Assembly: GCA_038232055.1 (NCBI GenBank)
Contig: JBBSIN010000005.1
Location: forward strand, 1 to 62,968
DNA: 62,968 bases
Source: Mycobacteriales bacterium
GTDB lineage: Bacteria > Actinomycetota > Actinomycetes > JADGOV01
Direction: 5' to 3'
The notes beneath the pieces were generated by a model that made no database searches, had not been told where the DNA came from, and saw only the letters and a list, made by a program, of their open reading frames with translations. Position numbers and translations under genes: made by a program. Positions 52,038-62,968 of this stretch are shown here, one piece after another (position 1 is the first letter of the stretch; every line of letters begins with the position of its first letter).

Positions 52038-53768
52038 GTGGTCGACCATCTCATCGAGCCGCATGGCGGCGTGCTCGTCAACCTGCTCGCCGACGACGAG
52101 CGCTCGGCGGAGCTCGTCAAGCAGTCCCGCGACTGGCCGTCGTGGGATCTCACGCCGCGCCAGCTCTGCGACGTCGAGCTGCTTGTCTCGGGCGGCTTCT
52201 CTCCGCTGACCGGCTTCCTCGGGTCGGCCGACTATCAGTCGGTCTGCGAGCAGATGCGCTTGGCGGACGGCACGCTGTGGCCGATACCGGTCACGCTCGA
52301 CGTGCCGGAGGAGTTCGCGGCTGGGCTGGAGCCCGGCGCGAGCATCGCGCTGCGCGACGCCGAAGGGGTCATGCTGGCCGCTCTGCACATCCAGGACCTT
52401 TACCGGCCGGACCTCGCGGCGGAGGCCCAGCAGGTCTTCGGGACGACCGATGTCAAGCACCCGGGGGTCGCTCACCTGCTGCAGCGAGCCAACCCCGTCT
52501 ACCTCGGCGGACGGGTCGAGGGTTTGCAGCTGCCGCTGCACTACGACTACCGCGAGCTGCGGCAGACGCCGGCTGAGCTGCGCGCCGTTTTCGCCGAGAA
52601 GGGCTGGCGCAAGGTCGTCGCCTTCCAGACCCGCAACCCGCTGCACCGGGCGCACCAGGAGCTGACGCTGCGGGCGGCCAAGGAGGTCGGCGCCAACCTG
52701 CTCATCCACCCGGTCGTCGGCATGACCAAGCCGGGTGACGTGGACCACTACACCCGCGTTCGCTGCTACTCGGCGATCATGCCGTCGTATCCGCACGGTA
52801 CGGCGATGCTCTCGCTGCTGCCGCTCGCGATGCGCATGGGTGGTCCGCGCGAGGCGGTTTGGCACGCGATCATCCGAAAGAACCACGGCGTTACGCACTT
52901 CATCGTCGGCAGGGACCACGCGGGTCCCGGCGACGACTCGAACGGCAAGCCGTTCTACGGTCCCTACGACGCCCAGGACCTGCTCCGCCAGCACCAGGAG
53001 GAGCTCGGCGTGGTGATGGTGCCGTTCCAGATGATGGTCTACGTCGAGGACCGCGACGAGTACATGCCGGTCGACGAGGTCCCGGAGGGCGCTCGCACGC
53101 TCTCGATCTCCGGCACTGAGCAGCGCCGCCGGCTCTCGTTGGGTCTCGACCTGCCGACATGGTTCACCCCGCCGGCGGTTGCCGAAGAGCTGCGCCGGTC
53201 CTACCGGCCGCGGTCGAAGCAGGGTTTCACGGTGTTCTTCACCGGTCTGTCCGGTTCCGGCAAGTCGACGATCGCGAACGTGCTGCTGGTCAAGTTGCTC
53301 GAGATGGGTGGCCGCCCGGTCACCATGCTCGACGGTGACCTCGTCCGCAAGCACCTGTCCAGCGAGCTCGGCTTCTCCAAGGAGCACCGCGACATCAACA
53401 TCCGCCGCATCGGGTGGGTGGCGTCGGAGATCACCAAGAACGGCGGCATCGCCGTTTGCGCGCCGATCGCGCCGTACGAGGTGACGCGCTGGGACGTGCG
53501 TTCGATGGTCGAGCCCAACGGTGGTTTCGTCCTCGTCCACATCGCGACGTCGGTCGACGTGTGCGAGGAGCGCGACCGCAAGGGTCTCTACGCCAAGGCC
53601 CGGGCCGGGGTGCTCAAGGAGTTCACCGGCATCAGCGACCCGTACGAGGAGCCCACCGACGCCGAGGTGCGCGTGGACACCGCCGAACTCACCGCCGAGG
53701 AGGCGGCCCAGGAGATCGTGCTGTACCTGGAGCGGGAGGGCTACATCGGCGCGGCCGAAGCGGTCTGA
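52038..53768 (+). CDS. Bifunctional ATP sulfurylase (Sat-type) / adenylylsulfate kinase
   Basis: FQTRNPLHRAH, HFIVGRDHAG; kinase FTGLSGSGKST, LDGD, DRKGLYAKAR, FTGISDPYEEP. GGAGGAGG RBS. Confidence 0.95.
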   Translation: MVDHLIEPHGGVLVNLLADDERSAELVKQSRDWPSWDLTPRQLCDVELLVSGGFSPLTGFLGSADYQSVCEQMRLADGTLWPIPVTLDVPEEFAAGLEPGASIALRDAEGVMLAALHIQDLYRPDLAAEAQQVFGTTDVKHPGVAHLLQRANPVYLGGRVEGLQLPLHYDYRELRQTPAELRAVFAEKGWRKVVAFQTRNPLHRAHQELTLRAAKEVGANLLIHPVVGMTKPGDVDHYTRVRCYSAIMPSYPHGTAMLSLLPLAMRMGGPREAVWHAIIRKNHGVTHFIVGRDHAGPGDDSNGKPFYGPYDAQDLLRQHQEELGVVMVPFQMMVYVEDRDEYMPVDEVPEGARTLSISGTEQRRRLSLGLDLPTWFTPPAVAEELRRSYRPRSKQGFTVFFTGLSGSGKSTIANVLLVKLLEMGGRPVTMLDGDLVRKHLSSELGFSKEHRDINIRRIGWVASEITKNGGIAVCAPIAPYEVTRWDVRSMVEPNGGFVLVHIATSVDVCEERDRKGLYAKARAGVLKEFTGISDPYEEPTDAEVRVDTAELTAEEAAQEIVLYLEREGYIGAAEAV

Positions 53769-53784
53769 CCAGTCGTACGTCAGG

Positions 53785-53820
53785 AGGGGCGCCCCCGTTG
53801 CGGGGCGCCCCTTCTTGCTT
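53785..53820 (+). terminator. Intrinsic terminator (likely bidirectional)
   Basis: AGGGGCGCCCC / GGGGCGCCCCT stem, then TCTTGCTT, between convergent genes. Confidence 0.75.
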
Positions 53821-53849
53821 GCCGGCCGCTCAATGCCTCGCGGTCCCGG

Positions 53850-56387
53850 TCACGTCGTCGCGATGGCCCGCAGCACGTCGAGGCGGGCCGCCCGGCGCGC
53901 CGGCAGCAGCGCCGCCAGCACGCCGATGATGCCGGCCAGCACGAGGTAACCGACGAGGGAGCCGGTCGGGATGACCAGCGTCCGAATGCCCTGGTCGTGC
54001 AGTGCCGTGACCAGCGCCCAGCCGAAGCCCAGCCCTACCGCGACGCCGAGCAGAGCGCCGAACACAGAGATGATCACAGACTCCAGCCGTACCATCCGGC
54101 GCAGCTGGCGGCGGCTCATGCCGACGGCGCGCAGCAGCCCGATCTCGCGGGTTCGCTCGAAAACGCTGAGAGCGAGCGTGTTGATGATGCCGAGCACGGC
54201 GATGAAAATCGCCAGAGCAAGCAGGACCAGGATGAAGCTGAGGACCTGGTTGATCTGCTTGCGCTGCTCCGCCTTGAACTCGGCCTGGTCGCGGACGTCG
54301 ATGTTGGGCGAGAGGGCTGCGGCCGCCTCCACGGTCCTTCGGACCTGTGCAATCGGGACGTCCGGGGCGGACGTGACGGCGACGATCGAGTCCAGGGAGT
54401 TCGTGTAGTTGCGCTCGAAGGTCGCTGTCGAGATCAGGTAGCTCCCGAGCAACTGGTTCTCCCGGTAGATCCCCCCGACGCGCAGGGAGGTGAGACCGGT
54501 CCGGGTGAAGACCACTGGGACCTGCTGACCCACCGCCCACTTCTTGGTGGTCGCCGTCTTCTCGTCGATGAGCAGCCCTCCGGCCGCGAGCGCGTCCTTC
54601 GAGCCCTTGAGCATGTCGAGGGTGACCGTGTGGTCGACCGTGTCGGGCTGGGTGCCCTGGATGCCGACGGAGCTGCCGCCTACCTTCGCCTCGCCCAGCC
54701 GGAAGGATGAGACCGCCGCCACACCGGGAGCGCTGCGGAGCCGCTCGGCGACAGCGTTGGTGAACGGGGTGAACGTCTTCGTCGTCAGGAGGAAGTCGGC
54801 CCCCAGGCTGCGGTCGATCACCTCGCCGGCGCTCGCCTTGACCGAGGACGACATGACGGTCATCGCGCTGACCAGCGCCATGCCGACCATCAGTGCCGAG
54901 GCGGTGGCCGCGGTGCGTCGCGGGTTGCGCAGTGCGTTCTCGCGGGCCAACCGGCCGGCGACTCCGCTGGTCCGTTGCAGCGGCGCACCGAGCAGCCGCA
55001 CGACCGGTCGGCTGATGAAAGGGGACAGCGCGCGTACTCCCCAGAAAACGGCCGCGGCGCCGAAGCCGACCAGTGCGGCCGGCTGGCTGCTCGCACCGGC
55101 GAGGCCGACGCCCATCAGAACCGCGCCGCCGGCAGTCAGTACGCAGCCGACGATCGCTCGGCGCCGAAGCGAGGCCATCGGCAGCGCCACGTCGTCGCGC
55201 ATCGCGGCGACCGGCGGGATCTTCGCCGCCCGCCGTGCCGGACCGTACGCCGCGGCCATCGTGACCCCGATGCCGACCGCGAACGCCCAGCTCGGCGTGT
55301 GCGCCAGCAGGACGAGCCCGGTCGCGGGGATGTCAGCACCGAACGCCTTGAGCAGCAGCTTCAGCAGCTTCGCCACCCCCAGGCCCACCCCGAGGCCGAG
55401 CGCCGAGGCGACGACGCCGACCACCAGCGACTCGCCGAGCACGGAGCGGGTCACCTGGCGTCGGCTCGCCCCCAGCGCCCGCAGCAGCGCCATCTCCCGC
55501 GAGCGCTGAGCCACGAGCATCGTGAACGTGTTGAAGATGATGAACGACCCGACGAAGAGCGAGATCCCGGCGAAGACGAGCAGGAAGACGTTGAGGAACT
55601 TCAGCTGTGATTGCACGGAGTTGGAGTTCTCGGCGGCCGCCTGCTTCCCGGTGATCGCCTCGTAGCCCTTCGGCAACACCCGCTGCACGCGGCCGCGCAG
55701 CTCGACCTGCGAGACGCCGGCCGTCGCCGCGAGCTTGATCGTGGAGTAGCTGCCCGGTGAGCCGAGCACCCGCTGGGCCGTGACTGTGTCGAACGTCGTC
55801 AGCGTCGCGCCGGCCAGGTCACCGGTGGAGCCGAAGGAGAAGATGCCGACCACTTGCTCCTGCCGCGGCCCCCCGGCCAGCAAAACCATGACGGTGTCGC
55901 CGACGGCGATCCGGTGCTTCTCGGCCGTACGGGAGTCGATCGCGATCTCGGTTGCGGCGCTGGGCCCGCGACCGGACGTAAGCCGCAGGGGCGAGAGCGT
56001 CGTCCCCGTCCACGCCCGGCCGAGCCCGGGCGCCCCGCCGTTCTCGACCACCTTCTTCGTGTGCGGGTCGACCAGCTGCGCGTAACCCTCGACCGTGCCC
56101 ACCGCTTCCTTGACACCGGGCACGGCCCGCACCTGTCCGAGCAGGCTGCTCGGCACCGGCGCTCGCTGCTCGGCGCCGCCCGCGGTTGTGGTGAAGTCGG
56201 CCCGCGCGCGGACCGACACGCTGGTGTTGCGTTCGGCGTCGCCGAACAGGCGATCGAATGTGGCGTTGATCGTGTCGGTCAGCACGAGCGTGCCGACGAT
56301 GAACGAGACGCCCAGCACGACGGACACCGTGGTGAGAGCCAGCCGGAGCTTGTGGCCGAGGAGGTTCTTCAGCGTCGTACGGAGCAC
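53850..56387 (-). CDS. FtsX-like (type VII) ABC transporter permease, double-length
   Basis: FNTFTMLVAQRSREMALLRALGA and NTLALSVFERTREIGLLRAVGM. Confidence 0.93.
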   Translation of the reverse strand: MLRTTLKNLLGHKLRLALTTVSVVLGVSFIVGTLVLTDTINATFDRLFGDAERNTSVSVRARADFTTTAGGAEQRAPVPSSLLGQVRAVPGVKEAVGTVEGYAQLVDPHTKKVVENGGAPGLGRAWTGTTLSPLRLTSGRGPSAATEIAIDSRTAEKHRIAVGDTVMVLLAGGPRQEQVVGIFSFGSTGDLAGATLTTFDTVTAQRVLGSPGSYSTIKLAATAGVSQVELRGRVQRVLPKGYEAITGKQAAAENSNSVQSQLKFLNVFLLVFAGISLFVGSFIIFNTFTMLVAQRSREMALLRALGASRRQVTRSVLGESLVVGVVASALGLGVGLGVAKLLKLLLKAFGADIPATGLVLLAHTPSWAFAVGIGVTMAAAYGPARRAAKIPPVAAMRDDVALPMASLRRRAIVGCVLTAGGAVLMGVGLAGASSQPAALVGFGAAAVFWGVRALSPFISRPVVRLLGAPLQRTSGVAGRLARENALRNPRRTAATASALMVGMALVSAMTVMSSSVKASAGEVIDRSLGADFLLTTKTFTPFTNAVAERLRSAPGVAAVSSFRLGEAKVGGSSVGIQGTQPDTVDHTVTLDMLKGSKDALAAGGLLIDEKTATTKKWAVGQQVPVVFTRTGLTSLRVGGIYRENQLLGSYLISTATFERNYTNSLDSIVAVTSAPDVPIAQVRRTVEAAAALSPNIDVRDQAEFKAEQRKQINQVLSFILVLLALAIFIAVLGIINTLALSVFERTREIGLLRAVGMSRRQLRRMVRLESVIISVFGALLGVAVGLGFGWALVTALHDQGIRTLVIPTGSLVGYLVLAGIIGVLAALLPARRAARLDVLRAIATT

Positions 56388-56388
56388 C

Positions 56389-57186
56389 TCAGCCCTCCTT
56401 GCGCGGCCCGGACAGCTCGAACCGCTTGAGCCGGTCGAGGACCCGCTCGGCCGTCGGGTCGCTCATGTCGTCGACGATGCGGCCGTCGGCCAGGAACAGG
56501 GCGTGGTCGGCGTACGACGCGGAAACCGGGTCGTGGGTCACCATGATGACCGTCTGGCCCATGTCGCGGACCGAGCGGCGAAGGAAGCCCAACACCTCAC
56601 CGCTCGACCGGGAGTCCAGGTTGCCGGTCGGCTCGTCGGCGAAGACCACCTCGGGCCGGCTGGCGAGGGCCCGTGCACAGGCGACGCGCTGCTGCTGGCC
56701 ACCGGAGAGTTCACTCGGCCGGTGATGCAGCCGGTCTCCCAGGCCGACGACGTCGACCACCGTGTCGAGCCAAGCCTTGTCGGGCTTGCGGCCCGCCAGG
56801 TCCAGTGGCAGCCGGATGTTCTCCAGCGCGTTGAGGGTCGGAACCAGGTTGAAGGCCTGGAAGACGAAACCTACCCGGTCGCGGCGAAGGGTGGTCAGGT
56901 GCTTGTCGTCCAGCGTGGTGATGTTGGTGTCGCCGATGTAGACGGCGCCGCTGGTGACGGTGTCGAGCCCCGCCAGGCAATGCAGCAGTGTCGACTTGCC
57001 CGAGCCCGACGGGCCCATGATCGCCGTGAAGCGGCCGCGGCCGAGCGCCACGGTCACCTCGGCGAGCGCCGTGACGGCGGTCTCGCCCCTGCCGTAGACC
57101 TTTGACACGCGCTCGGCGCGAGCGGCGGCGGGAGCCCCGGCGCTGGTCTGCGCCGAACTGGATCCCGCCGTTGACGTCGTGGACAC
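56389..57186 (-). CDS. ABC transporter ATP-binding protein (LolD/MacB-like)
   Basis: GPSGSGKST, FVFQAFNL, LSGGQQQR, FADEPTGNLD, VTHD. Confidence 0.95.
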   Translation of the reverse strand: MSTTSTAGSSSAQTSAGAPAAARAERVSKVYGRGETAVTALAEVTVALGRGRFTAIMGPSGSGKSTLLHCLAGLDTVTSGAVYIGDTNITTLDDKHLTTLRRDRVGFVFQAFNLVPTLNALENIRLPLDLAGRKPDKAWLDTVVDVVGLGDRLHHRPSELSGGQQQRVACARALASRPEVVFADEPTGNLDSRSSGEVLGFLRRSVRDMGQTVIMVTHDPVSASYADHALFLADGRIVDDMSDPTAERVLDRLKRFELSGPRKEG

Positions 57187-57199
57187 GATGCCCCTTTCT

Positions 57200-57235
57200 G
57201 TCCCGACTCTTCTGTGCGTCCCGACTCTTCTGTGC
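57200..57235. repeat. Perfect 18-bp tandem duplication in the ABC operon leader
   Basis: GTCCCGACTCTTCTGTGC at 57200-57217 and 57218-57235. Confidence 0.9.
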
Positions 57236-57311
57236 CTCTAGCCGTACACGCTAGAGTTCCGGAGCGCTCCGTTGGATGACGGATGTCCGACATCTCGGCG
57301 TCGGTTTCACG

Positions 57312-61385
<4,074 letters not shown>

Positions 61386-61568
61386 CCCGGCGCAAAAACA
61401 ATCGGCCCGTTCGGGTTACACCCGGCGGCCGTGGCGACGATAACAAGGCTGATCGACCGCCTCCGGCGCCCTCGCCGAGCGAACCGCCGAGGCCGTACGT
61501 ACGAACGAACAGGTAGGACGGAAGGTAGGCTGCGAAACGCCGCAACCTGCCGGAGGAGGTGCAGGCCC

Positions 61569-62968
61569 GTGCCCAGTCGCGACGACGCCGAAGCGCGCGC
61601 TGCCCGCTTCGAGAAGGACGCTTCCGAGCTCCAGACGCAGGTCTCCTTTCTTCAGGAGGAGATTGCAATGCTGCGGCGCCGGCTCACCGACGCACCGCGG
61701 CAGGTGCGGGTTCTCGAGGAGCGGCTCGCCGACGCGCAGGCCAACCTCGCGGGCGTGGTCTCGTCCAACGACCGGCTGGTTGGCACGCTCAAGGAGGCTC
61801 GCGACCAGATCCTGGCGCTCAAGGAGGAGGTCGACCGGCTGGCGCAGCCGCCGTCGGGATACGGGGTCTTCCTCGCCAGGCACGACGACGCGACCGTCGA
61901 CGTTTTCACCGGCGGCCGCAAGCTCCGGGTGAGCGTGAGTCCCGCTGTCGAGGCGGACTCGCTCCGCAAGGGCCAAGAGGTGCTGCTCAATGAGGCGCTG
62001 AATGTCATTGATGCCCTGGAGTTCGAGCGCCTGGGCGACGTCGTGATGCTCAAGGAGATTCTCGAGGGTGGCGACCGGGCGCTGGTCATCGGCCACACCG
62101 ACGAGGAGCGCGTGGTCATGCTCGCCGACTCACTACTGGACGCGCCGCTGCGGGCCGGCGACTCGCTCCTGCTCGAGACCCGTTCCGGATACGTCTACGA
62201 GCGCATTCCCAAGGCCGAGGTCGAGGAGCTGGTGCTGGAAGAGGTGCCGGACATTGACTACGCCGCGATCGGCGGTCTGGCCAACCAGATCGAGCAGATC
62301 CGCGACGCCGTCGAGCTGCCGTACCTGCACGGCGACCTGTTCAAGGAGCACCAGCTCAAGCCCCCGAAGGGCGTCCTGCTCTACGGTCCCCCCGGCTGCG
62401 GCAAGACCTTGATCGCCAAGGCGGTGGCCAACTCGCTGGCCAAGAAGGTCGCCGAGGTGACCGGGCGGCCAGAGGGGAAGTCGTTCTTCCTCAACATCAA
62501 GGGCCCGGAGTTGCTGAACAAGTACGTGGGGGAGACCGAGCGGCACATCCGACTGGTGTTCCAGCGAGCCCGGGAAAAGGCCTCCGAAGGCACGCCGGTC
62601 ATTGTCTTCTTCGACGAGATGGACTCGATCTTCCGCACCAGGGGGAGCGGTGTCTCCAGCGACGTGGAGAACACAATCGTCCCGCAGCTGCTCTCGGAGA
62701 TCGACGGGGTCGAGGGGCTGGAGAACGTCATCGTGATCGGCGCCTCCAACCGCGAGGACATGATCGACCCCGCGATCCTGCGTCCGGGCCGCCTGGACGT
62801 CAAGATCAAGATCGAGCGTCCGGACGCGGAGTCGGCGCGAGACATCTTCTCCAAGTACCTCACCTCGACCTTGCCGTTGCACAGCGATGACCTCGTCGAG
62901 TTCGGGAACAACCGCCAGGAATGCGTGGCCGGCATGATCCAGCGCGCGGTCGAGCGGATGTACACCGA
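61569..62968 (+). CDS. arc: Proteasome ATPase ARC/Mpa, 3' end outside window
   Basis: GGAGGAGG RBS, N-terminal coiled coil, [39 protein letters not shown]. Frame open to the window end. Confidence 0.96.
   Translation, partial: MPSRDDAEARAARFEKDASELQTQVSFLQEEIAMLRRRLTDAPRQVRVLEERLADAQANLAGVVSSNDRLVGTLKEARDQILALKEEVDRLAQPPSGYGVFLARHDDATVDVFTGGRKLRVSVSPAVEADSLRKGQEVLLNEALNVIDALEFERLGDVVMLKEILEGGDRALVIGHTDEERVVMLADSLLDAPLRAGDSLLLETRSGYVYERIPKAEVEELVLEEVPDIDYAAIGGLANQIEQIRDAVELPYLHGDLFKEHQLKPPKGVLLYGPPGCGKTLIAKAVANSLAKKVAEVTGRPEGKSFFLNIKGPELLNKYVGETERHIRLVFQRAREKASEGTPVIVFFDEMDSIFRTRGSGVSSDVENTIVPQLLSEIDGVEGLENVIVIGASNREDMIDPAILRPGRLDVKIKIERPDAESARDIFSKYLTSTLPLHSDDLVEFGNNRQECVAGMIQRAVERMYT

Overview
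High-GC actinobacterial chromosome segment. Mycothiol ligase MshC, the Pup-proteasome ATPase ARC, a PAC2 chaperone, TrmI, F420-dependent LLM/PPOX enzymes, an MMPL transporter and many leaderless-type starts point to this group; the lineage cannot be fixed from sequence alone. 0-22 kb is accessory/metabolic. It holds the end of an FG-GAP-like repeat protein, a convergent two-component system, an MMPL transporter and a tightly coupled 5-gene operon (TPP enzyme, 4TM protein, gluconate-2-DH-like small subunit, GMC flavoprotein, enolase-superfamily enzyme). VKOR-like, gltA, MenA-like, Gre-like, DapA-like, F420 enzymes and a membrane adenylate cyclase follow. 22.2-27.1 kb is a decayed island at the 3' end of tRNA-Leu(GAG). 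It contains a frameshifted tyrosine-integrase remnant, at least 6 unrelated gene fragments, and intact APH(6)-like, TetR and cupin genes. 27.2-63 kb is the conserved ppgK...mshC-PAC2-metH...RecB-like-S2P-trmI-arc backbone, with two inserted modules. One is an ECF sigma/ZAS anti-sigma unit whose sigma looks damaged at its N-terminus. The other is a compact sulfate-activation plus glycan-export module (cysQ, SLC13 permease, Wzx flippase, priming glycosyltransferase, fused sat-cysC). The strongest non-coding signal is a dispersed element of exactly 80 bp, GATCTCCTTCGC-N20-GATCTYC-N29-GCGAAGGAGATC, present 4 times near gene 3' ends. No database searches could be run; family calls rest on recognised motifs.
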